Made by a program: the position numbers and the translations under genes
Notes under the pieces: generated by a model
Seen by the model: only the letters and a program-made list of their open reading frames with translations
Databases searched by the model: none
Told to the model about the DNA's origin: nothing
Part shown: positions 1 through 12,172 of the stretch, piece by piece
How the letters are laid out: each line of letters opens with the position of its first letter
How positions within the stretch are numbered: position 1 is the first letter of the stretch
Source: Yuukianura sp. NJ FZ-2021
Taxonomy: Eukaryota
Direction: 5' to 3'
DNA length: 64,000 bases
Assembly: GCA_046563655.1 (NCBI GenBank)
Contig: CM102287.1
Span: forward strand, 2,294,001-2,358,000

Positions 1-112
1 GCGCCCTTTTTGAAATAACTTTTTCCCTCTTTTTCCTGTCCTTTGTTTTTGTTTTTTTTTTTTGTAGTTTTATTAATTAACTCGTGATTAATCGATTAAT
101 TCAATTACTAAG

Positions 113-3100
113 GAAGAGGGATGGAAGCTGAATAGAACAAACTACTACCAGGAAGGGTGGTTGTCCACAGGCAACATGCGAGGAATCCTCGGAGTGACCT
201 TCACCACGACGCAATGGAAAGATGGACCACAACCCCCCTCCAGAACAAACTTCAACCTCAGAGGTCACAGGTCACAGGTAGGTTATGACTATGACATTTC
301 CCATTTCAACTTCTTTTCCTATAACTCTGTCCATTTCAGATCACCCTCGTCCAGTGGAATGAGCCCTACCAGAAACTGGCTTCGTGTGACAGTTCAGGAA
401 TCATCTTTGTCTGGATCAAGTTCGAAGGGAGATGGTCCATTGAGGTTATTCTCATCTTACTTTTAAGAACTCGATATGTCAACGTCAAAATAAGTGTAGA
501 TTTGACTCTTTTTCTTGTGTTTTAGTTGATCAATGATCGGAGTACTCCAGTTACGCACTTTGCTTGGTCACACGATGGACGAATGGCTCTCATCTGCTAC
601 CAGGATGGATTTGTGCTAGTTGGTTCCGTCGCTGGACAACGCTACTGGAGTTCTATGCTCAACTTGGAAGCTACCATCACAGCAGGCGCCTGGTAAACAC
701 AAATCTTCACTTTTTACAATCAGATTAGTCTGACTTTTGTTAATTAACGTTTATTTTGGTAATCAAATGCATTTTTATTCTTATTATTTGTGAATGTAGG
801 ACTCCTGATGATCAGCAAGTTTACTTTGGAACGAGCAATGGACAACTAGTGGTGATGGACGTTCACGGAATCATGGTCTCTCAAGTCCAACTGCCCGTCG
901 ACTCCCCCATCACGCAACTGAGCTGGAACTGCGAGAAATTCAAGATGGAGGAGAGTGAAGAGGGCGAACTTTGGAGCGGAGCAAGAAGACCTCTCGTCCT
1001 CGCAGTCGCCTTCAAAAGTGGGCTTATCTATCTCATGCGAGGATTCGACGACCTCACTCCAGCACACATCTACACTGGAATGCAAGGAATCCTCATGGAA
1101 TGGAGCAACTCTGGGGAGTACTTGGCAGTAGCTGGATCCCGTCCAGTCGAAGTCATGACGCAGACTGGGCATCGCAACCACGAATACTTTAATTCTCTCC
1201 ACTTCTACTCCCCCACAGCCATCAGAATATCAAATCTTACAATTCCTTCGACAGAGGTAACACTCCACGTTTTCACTTAATATTTTTCATTTTGTGTGAA
1301 CTTCATTGTTTTTGATTTGTTTTTGCAGTCACCAGTAACCGCCCTTTGCTTCGGACACAATGACAAACGTATTTTTATAGCCACTGGGAAGGAACTGCAC
1401 ATCGGATGGGTGGGAAAGCGAATCGCAACTCTCCAACTGCTCTGTCGCCTCATGATTTACAAATCTCTGAGCACGGAAACTTGTGTGACCCACCTCCCTC
1501 TGCCTCTGCCAGTCCGTGCTCTCATTTCTTCTCTCCACACGCAAACAATCATCGTAAGTCCCACCAATTACTACTTTCTCTTCAAATAATTTCAAATATT
1601 CATTTTGCATTCCTTTCAGTCAACTTTGCCGACTGCTCAAGAGATGCGACAGTTCTCGATCCATCCGCAGCCCAGCAATCAGCGACTGTACTGCACAATG
1701 GTTCGGCATCAGGAAGATTTGACGCAAAGTCCAGGCACAGTCTACACTCTCTACATTGAGAATCTGGGCGGAGTCGTAAGCACTTTTCACACTCAAATAT
1801 CCCCTTTGCAATGTAAATTCTGAAAATGTTTTGAATTGCAGGTTCCTATTCTGAAAGGGAAGCGTATTTCCAAACTGCGACCGGAGTTTATCATCTACGA
1901 TCCAGAAGTGTGTGAGATTAGTCCAGAATCCAGTCCTCATCCAGATGAACCCCTCCCCTCCACTCCAGCGTCGTCCAAACCTTCTACTCCCAAACTTGGT
2001 CGCAGAATGAAGTGCAAAGGGAAGCTGGGCAGTGGGAGTTCGGATTCGGATGAACTGGAGCTGTGTGCGAGTCCTCGCATGCAGCGGAAGAGACATCGAA
2101 ACAGACTGAGGGAAAGAGCACGAGAACAGGAAAGAGAAAGGGAGGAGGATTGGGAACGCAATCGAAACGGGCTCCTCCCCCGTCCCGAACACCAACTCAA
2201 CTACAACGACATTCTGCCAGAGGCACTCAAAATCGCTGAGGTCAGTTTTTATAACTTAAAAGTCGTCATTTTTTTGAAAATTCCGGTAGTTTTTGGAGAA
2301 TTTAAGTTTTACTTTTTATTTGAACTCCGATTCACCGATTCATTTCAGATCACTTCCAACATTTGGGGGACAAAGTTCAAGATTCGTGGACTTGTTCCGT
2401 TCCTCCCTTCGAATTTGGGTCATGTGACCTACAGGACTTCCGTCCTCCATCTTCAACCTCGCCAAATGACAATCAAGTAATCATCAACCTTAAATTTATA
2501 TTTGACTTTTAATTCACTTTTCAAATTCATTTCAGGATTACGGAGCTGAGAGATGAGAATGACATTTTCTTCTTCCATCCCGATCCACTGCTTTTGGGAG
2601 ATGAAGAAGAAGAAGAGGATTTGGTGGTGACAGGAAGCTCAACAGACGCTTTCAACTTCCAGGGCACCGACTACTACACTCCGCCTCCCGTCCGATGCGT
2701 CCTCCAGCCAAATACACACAACAGGTACAAAATACAAATTACTTCGAAACAACAAAAAAAAACTTTCTTTTTTGGAAAAGGGGCGGGGTTTTTTCTTAAA
2801 CTTACAATTTAGGAGAAATCTCTCTAAAATTTCACTAAAAACTTTGTTTTCCTTGCAGTGTGGCTGTGAATCAAGGGGAGGGAAGGTCCAGCCACTGCTC
2901 TTCGTCCACTCAACCGTCTGACTTTCCTTCTGAAAGTCCTCGTCACAGTTCCTTCCAGCGCATGAAGGGCGGCTGTCCCTTGGTCACAGCCAGAGCTCAC
3001 ATCGAGAGAATCGACCAAAGAAGCCCCACTCTCACTTCTCTCAACAGGACTTCGGGATCAGTCAGAAGTCCCACCCGACGCTGCTGGACCGCGGCAGAGG

Positions 3101-4527
3101 CCACTTCAACTGTCCCACCGCCAGTCACTGCGCCAATCCACGTTCGTCGCAGCATGAGTGCTTCCTACCTCGAAGGTTGCTCAGCAGACTCAGAACTTAG
3201 ACTTCCCCTGCCACTGGATGTCGTTGGGGAAGAAGGAGGCTCTCCTCCACGCAGACTCGTTCTCGTCAAAGGAAGGTTCGTAAAAACAAAGAACAATTTC
3301 CAGTTTCCTTCCTTTTTCCTTTGCAAATTGTACTTTAGACTTTTGTTGTTAATTTTCAGGGGAAACGGGCGAAAGAAGAGATTAGCAGAAACTGGAAAGT
3401 CCAAGAGTTGGGATTCCTATGATCTGCAGTGGTGGAGAAGAGGAGGGCAAGGTGGTTTGTCCAGCGGAAGGGAAAGCCTCAAATCCTGTCCAAAATGCTC
3501 CTTCCCAGCCACTGTTTCCAGCCACCACTCTCCAGTTCACAGTTCCATACGCAGAAAGGAGGTCAAAAGGTCACTGGAAGGCAGGACAGAGGAACTAGAA
3601 GACAGAATCGAAAGAGCTTCGGAACCTGAAATTCCGCGGACGAATTCCGGCGTGAGAAACACTTTGGGTATTCCTGAACCCCCTCCCGCCCCCACACATC
3701 GTCGCTCAATCAGTCTCTTGACTCCACTTCTGCGCAGAAGGGAGAAGAGTCGGCAGAGAGGCGAAGATGGAACTTCCGATTCCTGGCCCACCACTGGATC
3801 CAGTCGCCCTTCGAGTGGAAAGAAGCAAGGCTACTTGGCCACTGCTTCCTCCCCTCTCCGCCAACTCTTTGCTAATTCTCCACTTCTGTCTCGACGTAAA
3901 AATCGGACAAAGGAAGTGTACGTGGACAGTTCTGAGGAAGAGGAGTCTGACGGCGGAAGTCGAGTGAAATCAGACGGAACTTCCACTCCGCCCACTTCTT
4001 CTCCAGCCAGAAACACACCAAGGGACTCCTTTGTACTCAGAGACAAACATCAAGGCAGAAAGGTTTCAAATCCACAACATTTCTTTAACAAATTAAAATT
4101 AATTTAATATTTTAAAAAAAAAAAGTATTTCAAAATTTTTGTTTATTGTTTGTTTAGTTGGGAATGCAGAAGATTCACGACGTGGAGGGAAGTCGAATCA
4201 TGCGCAGAAGAAGGGAGTTTGTGATGACGAACAAAGCTCCGATGTGGAACGAAAACAGCCAAGTTTACCAACTGGATTTTGGCGGTCGTGTTACTCAGGA
4301 ATCTGCCAAAAACTTCCAAATTGAATTCCGAGGAAAGCAGGTACAGAGTCCCACAAATATTTAAAAATTCAGACAATTGGATTGTGAATTGTAAGTTTGT
4401 TGTGGTTTAGGTGATGCAGTTCGGTCGGATCGATGGGAATGCGTACACTCTGGACTTCCAGTACCCGTTCTCTGCCCTGCAGGCCTTCGCTGTCGCTCTG
4501 GCCAATGTCACGCAAAGACTCAAGTAG
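113..4527 (+). CDS. TULP4: Tubby-related protein 4 (TULP4/Tusp), about 14 exons; start codon lies upstream of the window
   Basis: Spliced exons give [18 protein letters not shown]...[21 protein letters not shown], a SOCS-box-like [10 protein letters not shown], and a C-terminal tubby domain ([32 protein letters not shown]...[25 protein letters not shown]). Stop TAG at 4525-4527. Confidence 0.93.
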
Positions 4528-4672
4528 TTGCTCCCTCCAAGTCCAAACTAACAACTGCTTAGCTTGTTCCTTACTCAAAAGCGTTCAATCAATCCACTCA
4601 TTCACTCTCTCCAAGGAAAGGGAGTGTTGGCGTGGAAATTATGCTTCTGCTTCTTTCTTCGCTTAATTAATC

Positions 4673-5059
4673 TGTTGGGGTGAATTGGGGCAAAAGCGCC
4701 AAGTTTAATATTAGCATTACAAAACGAAAGGTTTGTCGGTTAGCGCTTGAGGCTAACTTATAGCGTTGGTTTAAATTTAGCATTTCTGGATTTTCCTTTT
4801 GTATTGTGATGCATAGGCATAAGAATAAGCATAAGTTCAATTCCGTACTTCATAGGAGTAGGATCTAGAGATTAAGTCTCTCCAATTTCAATGCTCATAT
4901 TTTAACTTTTAAGTCATTCAGTCAATTTTCATTTCTTATAAACTTTAATTCTCCACTAAATAAACTTCAACTAATCAAACGAACGAGTCAGTTGCTACAG
5001 GCCAGAGTTGACCGCTGATTTACAGTGGATTTACTGGATTCCACGTTCCAGCCATTTCA
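4673..5059 (+). repeat. 5' LTR (387 bp)
   Basis: Direct repeat of 10898-11285; begins TGTTGGGG and ends ATTTCA. Confidence 0.96.
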
Positions 5060-5070
5060 TGGTCCTTCGA
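5060..5070 (+). promoter_or_regulatory. Primer-binding site TGGTCCTTCGA (tRNA-Tyr type)
   Basis: Abuts the 5' LTR. Complementary to a tRNA 3' end ...UCGAAGGACCA; the Tyr assignment is from recalled tRNA sequence. Confidence 0.85.
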
Positions 5071-5263
5071 CAACCGTCTGTTCAACGACTGTAGCAACTC
5101 GTCATCATCATTGGGATTGGTAACCAGTGATAAACGATCACTGGCAGGTAACGTACTGTATCGTTCCTTCTGTCGTCTGCTATTGGTAGTCACAGTATTG
5201 CCAAATCACCTAATCTAAAGGTTGAGGTTTAGTTGGTCTTAGTAACTGACTAAAGGTACAGTC

Positions 5264-8200
5264 ATGGCTGACTTTATGAAGTTAGTAACTGTCAGAAATG
5301 CGATAAAATCAAAATTAACGAAAATTTTAAATGATTTAAAACAAAATGCTGCTGATATGACTCTTGTGGAATTGCAGGTGACCTTGGATGATGTGGACAA
5401 GCATCAGTCCAAGTTGGATCGCCTCCAAGAGACCATGTTCTCGATGTTGAATTCCGAGGAGGAGATAAACGTCCAAATCGACGCAGGGAACGTCGTAGAG
5501 GAGGTCATCAAGGAGTGTACCATCCTCATCAAGCAGTCTCAGGCTAACATTATGGCAAAAGAACGTGTGGATGTTCCTGTTGCTTCGACATCGGGTCGGA
5601 TTCCGAAATCTGAACAAACCGAGTCAAATGTTAAGGCCAGACTGCCGAAACTGGAGTTACCGGATTTCGATGGAACTTTTGAAGACTGGATCAGCTTCAA
5701 GGATCAGTTTAAGTCCATGATCACGGACAACTCTTCACTTTCGGCCACTGACAAGATGCAGTACCTTAAATCCTGTCTAAAAGGAGAGGCAGAGAAGCTA
5801 ATTGGTCACTTCACGATTTCTGCCAACAATTTTCAACCGGCATGGGATCTCTTGGTGAGACGGTATGGTAATGAAAGGGAAATTATCTTTTCATTAATTA
5901 GGAAGTTGTATAATTTGAGTAAGGTCAATGGTGGTGATAATGTGGCAACTCAGTTGCGAAAACTGTTAGATTCATTTTTACAGATCACCAGCCAACTCAG
6001 AGTAATGGGACGTAAAGTGGGGCAGTGGGATGACCTCCTTGTTGTCACAATGGTGGACAAACTTGACTCGGACACGAGGAAAGAGTGGGGCAAGGCACTG
6101 TCAGGCACTAATATGCCAACTGCTAAGGAACTGGAGGACTTTCTGGAAAATTATGTCAGGGGGATCCAGGCCTTTACGTCCAATGACAAAAACAACTCCA
6201 AATATAAAGAACGACAGACTGAACAAAAGTCACATACCGTCAAGGCCAGAGAGACGTGTCATTATTGCCCAGAGTCACATCCGCTTTTCAGATGCGAAAA
6301 ATTTGCCGCATTGAGAAGGGAGGATAAGGTAAAAGTTTTGAAGCAGTGTAAATTATGTTTTAATTGTCTTTCTAGTGGTCATTGGACAAATAATTGCAAG
6401 TGGAAAGGAACTTGCAAAAAGTGCGGAGAGAAGCACAACACTCTTATCCATGACGGGGAGAGGAAGGAGAAGACTAAAACTGAGACAGCTGGTTTGAGCG
6501 GTGGGTCTAATGGATCTATTTCATCAAATTTCGTCAGCGGTGGGACTGTACTCCTGTCAACAGCCATTGTGGAGGTAACTGATTCAGTTGGTTCCTCTCA
6601 AAAATGTCGCGTGTTCCTGGACAGTGGGTCAGAGGCTTCGTTCATGACGGAAAAATGCGCAACCAAATTGGGTCTCAAAAGACGTAAGTGTAATGTCTCA
6701 ATCAACGGAGTTGGGGCTAATGGAATTTGTAAGGCAAATGGGACTGTTGATTTCAAATTAAAGTCATGTGTAACTGAGTTTGAACTTAATGTTTGTGCCC
6801 TAGTGTTGTCTAAAGTTACAGGTGAACTTCCGTCCTTTCCGGTTGGTAGTCAGTGGAAGTCGTGGGAACATTTGGCTACTTTGAAGCTAGCAGACCCTCG
6901 ATTCTATGAACCACGGGAAGTGGATATACTTTTGGGTGCTGACGTAGCAGAATACGTTTTCCTGGACCAGCGATTGATTGGGAGAAGGAACGAGCCAATT
7001 GCCCGCTCCAGTCAACTCGGATGGATCATTTCAGGGCCTGTTACAAATGATGGTAGCAGTTCAGTTCTCTCGTCAGTCGTCACTCTTCGTGTTCATTCGG
7101 CTCGGGTCGAGTGTGAGGAACTATTGCAGAAATTCTGGGAGTTAGAGCAAGTTCCAGATCACCCGAATTGGACAGCGGAAGAGACAGAAGCGGAAAAGCA
7201 TTTTCTTGCTCACACCAAAAGGGAAAACGGAAGGTATGTTGTGTCACTTCCCATGAAATCTAACATTTCCAATTTAGGCAAATCGAGGGACACTGCCCTC
7301 AAGAGACTCTTTGCAATTGAGAGAAAATTGGCAAAGGATGTCCAGCATCAACGTCAGTACAGGGACTTCATGTCGGAGTACTTGACCCTTGGCCACATGG
7401 AGCCAGTACCAAAAGAGGCACTTGGTGAGACACTTGGTAAGACGTATTATTTGCCTCATCACTGCGTCTTGAAAGAAGACAGTACCACAACCAAATTGCG
7501 GGTAGTATTTGATGGATCCTGCAAAACAAGTTCTAATCTGTCTTTGAACGATTGTATGATGGTAGGTCCAGTCGTTCAGCCAGATTTATTCACACATTTA
7601 CTTAGATTTCGTATGTACACTGTGGCTCTAAAGTCTGACATCAAGAAGATGTACAGACAATTTTTAGTTTCTCCCGCAGATAGAGACTTCCAAAGAATTC
7701 TATGGCGAGAGACCACTGGTGAACCCGTTCGTGAGTTCCGATTGAAGACGGTGACTTACGGTACAGCCGCCGCTCCATTTTTAGCCACTCGTTTGCTAAA
7801 TCAGTTGGCAGAAGACGAGGGAGCACGATTTCCATTAGCAGCTGTGGCCTTAAGGAAACATTTTTATGTTGATGATCACCACGGAAGTTTCCCTCTGGAA
7901 TCGCTGGCAGCGGACACTAAACTTCAATTGGAAGGAATTCTGAGCACAGTGGGACTGGAATTAAGTAAGTGGGCTTCTAATTTTCAAAATGTGATTGGTA
8001 AGGAAATTGTGTCAAATGAAATGCCCAATTTAATCTCATTAACCGATGAAAGTCAATCAAAGGCTTTAGGAGTACAGTGGAACTCCACAGAGGACAATTT
8101 TTCATTTCCAAGTTATAGGTGTGACATACAGGAGTTCTCCAGACGACATTTGCTAAAAGAAATCGCCAGAGTCTTTGACCCGTTGGGATTCTTAGCACCC

Positions 8201-10504
8201 TTTACCATCGTCGGCAAGTTGATCTTCCAGCAACTTTGGGCCATTGACAGAGTAAGTGGTAAGAAAATGGACTGGGATGCTCCGATCCCAGAGTCCATTT
8301 TGGGGGAGTGGAATTCCTACCTAGACGGAATGAGTAAGTTGTCGGTAATTAAAATACCAAGGTTGATTAATTGTGAATGTATTTCGGAACTGCACGGTTT
8401 CTCAGATGCGTCTGAGAAGGCCTACAGCGCAGTAGTTTATCTCCGTGCCTTTAGTTCTTCTATTTCAGTTCGCGTGGTTGCTGCAAAAACGAAAGTAGCA
8501 CCACTGAAGGCACAAAGTCTGCCACGACTTGAATTGTGTGGCGCCCTACTGCTAGCAAAACTGATGAATTCAGTTATCTCTGCAATGGATCTGCGGTCCC
8601 CAGTTCACTGTTGGACGGATAGTGAGATTGTTCTCAAGTGGATATCGTCACCGTCCAGAAGATTTGTGACCTTTGTGGCCAACAGAGTGTCCGAAATACA
8701 ACAGTTAATACCTGGTGAGTCATTTCATTTTGTTCCAGGAATCATCAATCCGGCAGATTGTGCCTCGAGGGGAATTCCGGTTGATGAATTGTCCTCATTC
8801 AATCTATGGTGGAAGGGGCCAGATTTCCTACAGTGTCCTGGAATCCCAAATTTCCAATTTGAAAGGGAAATAGAACGGGAGAACTTGGAGGAACGTAAGG
8901 TGAAATTGGTCAATCATAATCAGTTGGTAGATTCGATTTTGAACAGGTACTCGTCTGCACAAAAGCTCTTTAGAGTCATTGGTTATGTACTTCGGTTTAT
9001 TTCGAATGCCAAGGACAAGAAGGAAGGAAGACAAGTTACGAAGTTGAACTTTCCATTGTTGTCAGTTGAAGATTTGGACCAGGCGATGCTCAAATGTGTT
9101 TGGTTGAGTCAGCGTCAGGATTTCTCGGAGGAAATCAAGCGTTTAAGTCGGGGCAAAATGGTAAAGGTATCAAGTCGAATTGTGTCGTTAACCCCTTTTC
9201 TAGATTCTCATGGCAACATAAGAGTCGGTGGAAGACTCGGGAAAGCAGAAGTACCAGATTCTGCTAAACATCAACTGATCTTGGATGGAAAATCTGCGTT
9301 TGCCAAATTGTTGGTTGAAAACCTCCATCGGAAGCTGCATCATGGAGGAGAGATGGTTCTACGCTCAGAACTTCAACAACGGTTTTGGATCTTACGCGTA
9401 AGGAATTGTGTGAAATTGGTTTTGAGAAATTGTGTCAGATGTAGGCGTGTCAGAGGAATAGCCATGAAGCAGCTCATGGGTGATTTACCGGCAGCCAGAG
9501 TAAGACCAGCAGCAGCGTTCGAGCGGACAGGAGTTGACTATGCTGGCCCGTATATGCTTCAGTCAGTTGGAGGCAGAGGACGGAAGCCGTTTAAAGCATA
9601 TATCGCACTGTTCATCTGCTTCGTCATTAAAGCCATTCACTTGGAAGTGGTAACTGATTTGACTACGGAAGGATTCTTGGGAGCCTTTAAGAGGTTCATT
9701 TCACGCCGTGGTAAGCCCTCTCACATGTATTCCGATTGCGGAACGAATTTCGTTGGTCTCGACAATGCCATCAGAGAGGTAATATCATCGCCAGAGTTAA
9801 ATGCTGACATACATGCAAATTTAGCAGAGGATGGTGTAGAGTGGCACTTCAATCCTCCGTCAGCTCCACACCAAGGTGGATTGTGGGAATCGGCCGTGAA
9901 AAGAGTCAAATTTCATTTAAAAACTGTCATTGGCGAAGAGGTTTTAACATTATCTGAATTTAATACTATTTTGTGCCAAATAGAAGCTGTCCTGAATTCG
10001 AGACCACTGGGTGCCCTATCAGAGGACCCAGATGACATGGAAGCCTTGACTCCTGGTCACTTCCTGGTTGGGCGGTCATTGGTGGCATTACCACAACCGG
10101 ACTTTCAAGAAATCCGGATGAACCGACTCTCCAGATGGGAAAGACAGGAGCAAATTACCCAAAGATTCTGGAATCGGTGGTACAAGGAATATTTGTCCAG
10201 TCTTCAACAACGTGTGAAATGGCAGAGACCACTGGAGAATGTCAAAGTGGGAGATCTTGTGTCCATTGTTGAAGACAACTTACCACCTCTCAAGTGGAGA
10301 CTAGGACGTGTAATCGAGTTACACCCAGGAGACGACGGTTTAGTCAGAGTCGTGACAGTTAAGACTGCAAAAGGAGTCTACAGTCGACCCATCGTCAAAA
10401 TAGTTCCACTACTTCATTGCAACAACTTGGAATCTGACGAAGAAGATTTTGAAGAGAATCAATTGTCAGTTCAAGAAGACGTTGAAGATGAGTCTAAGTC
10501 GTAA
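5264..10504 (+). CDS. BEL/Pao gag-pol polyprotein, 1746 aa, uninterrupted
   Basis: LPKLELPDFDG gag region, three Cys/His knuckles (CHYC..H..C, CFNC..GH..C, CKKC..KH..IH), protease FLDSGSEASF, RT (YYLPHH, LRVVFDGS, YVDD), RNase H (HGFSDASEKAYS), integrase (GVDYAGP, SDCGTNF, WESAVKRVK), in the order PR-RT-RH-IN. Confidence 0.97.
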   Translation: MADFMKLVTVRNAIKSKLTKILNDLKQNAADMTLVELQVTLDDVDKHQSKLDRLQETMFSMLNSEEEINVQIDAGNVVEEVIKECTILIKQSQANIMAKERVDVPVASTSGRIPKSEQTESNVKARLPKLELPDFDGTFEDWISFKDQFKSMITDNSSLSATDKMQYLKSCLKGEAEKLIGHFTISANNFQPAWDLLVRRYGNEREIIFSLIRKLYNLSKVNGGDNVATQLRKLLDSFLQITSQLRVMGRKVGQWDDLLVVTMVDKLDSDTRKEWGKALSGTNMPTAKELEDFLENYVRGIQAFTSNDKNNSKYKERQTEQKSHTVKARETCHYCPESHPLFRCEKFAALRREDKVKVLKQCKLCFNCLSSGHWTNNCKWKGTCKKCGEKHNTLIHDGERKEKTKTETAGLSGGSNGSISSNFVSGGTVLLSTAIVEVTDSVGSSQKCRVFLDSGSEASFMTEKCATKLGLKRRKCNVSINGVGANGICKANGTVDFKLKSCVTEFELNVCALVLSKVTGELPSFPVGSQWKSWEHLATLKLADPRFYEPREVDILLGADVAEYVFLDQRLIGRRNEPIARSSQLGWIISGPVTNDGSSSVLSSVVTLRVHSARVECEELLQKFWELEQVPDHPNWTAEETEAEKHFLAHTKRENGRYVVSLPMKSNISNLGKSRDTALKRLFAIERKLAKDVQHQRQYRDFMSEYLTLGHMEPVPKEALGETLGKTYYLPHHCVLKEDSTTTKLRVVFDGSCKTSSNLSLNDCMMVGPVVQPDLFTHLLRFRMYTVALKSDIKKMYRQFLVSPADRDFQRILWRETTGEPVREFRLKTVTYGTAAAPFLATRLLNQLAEDEGARFPLAAVALRKHFYVDDHHGSFPLESLAADTKLQLEGILSTVGLELSKWASNFQNVIGKEIVSNEMPNLISLTDESQSKALGVQWNSTEDNFSFPSYRCDIQEFSRRHLLKEIARVFDPLGFLAPFTIVGKLIFQQLWAIDRVSGKKMDWDAPIPESILGEWNSYLDGMSKLSVIKIPRLINCECISELHGFSDASEKAYSAVVYLRAFSSSISVRVVAAKTKVAPLKAQSLPRLELCGALLLAKLMNSVISAMDLRSPVHCWTDSEIVLKWISSPSRRFVTFVANRVSEIQQLIPGESFHFVPGIINPADCASRGIPVDELSSFNLWWKGPDFLQCPGIPNFQFEREIERENLEERKVKLVNHNQLVDSILNRYSSAQKLFRVIGYVLRFISNAKDKKEGRQVTKLNFPLLSVEDLDQAMLKCVWLSQRQDFSEEIKRLSRGKMVKVSSRIVSLTPFLDSHGNIRVGGRLGKAEVPDSAKHQLILDGKSAFAKLLVENLHRKLHHGGEMVLRSELQQRFWILRVRNCVKLVLRNCVRCRRVRGIAMKQLMGDLPAARVRPAAAFERTGVDYAGPYMLQSVGGRGRKPFKAYIALFICFVIKAIHLEVVTDLTTEGFLGAFKRFISRRGKPSHMYSDCGTNFVGLDNAIREVISSPELNADIHANLAEDGVEWHFNPPSAPHQGGLWESAVKRVKFHLKTVIGEEVLTLSEFNTILCQIEAVLNSRPLGALSEDPDDMEALTPGHFLVGRSLVALPQPDFQEIRMNRLSRWERQEQITQRFWNRWYKEYLSSLQQRVKWQRPLENVKVGDLVSIVEDNLPPLKWRLGRVIELHPGDDGLVRVVTVKTAKGVYSRPIVKIVPLLHCNNLESDEEDFEENQLSVQEDVEDESKS

Positions 10505-10897
10505 CTTACATTTCAATTATTCATTTCATAACTATTAACTTTTAGTTTAAGTACTATGGTTTAGTTTTATAAGTTTTATTTTCATTTACTTTCATTTATT
10601 TTCACTTATTCAGGTTGGTTTGTTTCAATTACCACACCATGCGGAGCCACTTTGATTTCATTTCCAAAAGTAACGTTGGATCTTGGCAGTCATGCACATT
10701 GGGTTTCTCATCTTCTTGCTTAAGTGGAGGTTTTAGCAAATTGAGCCTGCCCTTAGTTTTGACGGGGAAGGGTCAGTTTCGCACTGCCCTATTGGCTCAC
10801 CCGACCACTTAAGTCCCTTTCTTTTACTAGTGCTGGCGTCATGATCATTTAACTAATTAATTGAATGACAGAGTAGATCTGTCATTGTGGGCCGGCA

Positions 10898-11285
10898 TGT
10901 TGGGGTGAATTGGGGCAAAAGCGCCAAGTTTAATATTAGCATCACAAAACGAAAGGTTTGTCGGTTAGCGCTTGAGGCTAACTTATAGCGTTGGTTTAAA
11001 TTTAGCATTTCTGGGTTTTCCTTTTGTATTGTGATGCATAGGCATAAGAATAAGCATAAGTTCAATTCCGTACTTCATAGGAGTAGGATCTAGAGATTAA
11101 GTCTCTCCAATTTCAATTCTCATAATTTTAACTTTTAAGTCATTCAGTCAATTTTCATTTCTTATAAACTTCAATTATCCACTAAATAAACTTCAACTAA
11201 ACAAACGAACGAGTCAGTTGCTACAGGCCAGAGTTGACCGCTGATTTACAGTGGATTTACTGGATTCTACATATCAATCATTTCA
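10898..11285 (+). repeat. 3' LTR (388 bp)
   Basis: Direct repeat of 4673-5059 with about 12 substitutions and 1 indel; followed by the TSD TAATC. Confidence 0.96.
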
Positions 11286-12172
11286 TAATCAAACCAATTA
11301 ACAATTGACACATCAGCCAACCTTATTTTGTGCGTCCAAGTAAACAATTCAAGCTGGAATTGATTACTCTTAATTCTTTCCTCCTTCTAATTGTGCTTTG
11401 AAATTAATCGGAGCGTGGACGAAAGTGGAAGGTTGCGTCGTTGGTTTGAAGAATTGTTGTTTTCCCTGGGTTGCGTCATTCGAAGTACTCTGTGATGGAT
11501 GGGAATTGAGGATGTCTCACGACTCATCAGTTGCATCACATCTTCTTCCTCCCACAAGGTGAGAAAATACAAACATTTTAGCCCAATTCAACCAGTTTCA
11601 CTCTCTTGCAGACGAGTCACAAGGATCACAAGTACCCCCTCATGACCTTCCGCGCCTCCCTGTCACAAGAAGAGGTCACAAGGTCACAAGATGGATTGTT
11701 TTGACTCAAGGCCACAACCCATTTGTCATTCCGCCCTCTGCATTTCCACAACCAATGACCCTTGCATGACCCCTTCAATTTCCAATCCAAATATTCCTTT
11801 AGTCAATTTCAACTCAATTTCCTCCTAATTTTGCAATTTGAGGCAGAAGGTCTTGAGGAAATGTGAAGGACTGAGCCCTGTAAGGGACGCTCTGCCCCAA
11901 TTTCCACCACTCAAATACTCAATCCACTTTTTATTCCCAATCAAGTGGACCAATTGGGGGGACTTTCTTTTGAATCTGAATGTTAATCGAAGTCTCTCTT
12001 TTCAGAAGATGGTCCCTTGGCAGTGTTTCCGCGTGTCCAAGAGGAGTCGGACACTTTGGTGGTCAGTCGGAATGTGATCATGTGCCCCTCCTTTCCATTA
12101 TCAACGTCCATTAATCTCCTCGATCATGGGAAAATGGGTCGACTCACACTCAATTCCATCACTGACGACCAC

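Larger units (their letters stand above)
4673..11285 (+). mobile_element. Full-length BEL/Pao LTR retrotransposon
   Basis: Two LTRs with TG...CA ends (4673-5059 and 10898-11285), 5-bp target-site duplication TAATC (4668-4672 and 11286-11290), PBS directly after the 5' LTR, and a single gag-pol ORF. Confidence 0.97.

Noticed and set aside
3276..3359. Stop-free 84-nt in-frame intron in TULP4 (ORF 2860-4107 reads through)
   Set aside because: T-rich with normal splice sites; short stop-free introns arise often by chance.
7864..7890. RT motif YVDDHHGS differs from the usual hydrophobic residues after YVDD
   Set aside because: The catalytic aspartates are intact; inactivity or novelty cannot be inferred without a family alignment.
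10505..10897. Possible env or extra ORF after gag-pol
   Set aside because: Only about 390 bp with short non-ATG frames; treated as the element's 3' UTR.
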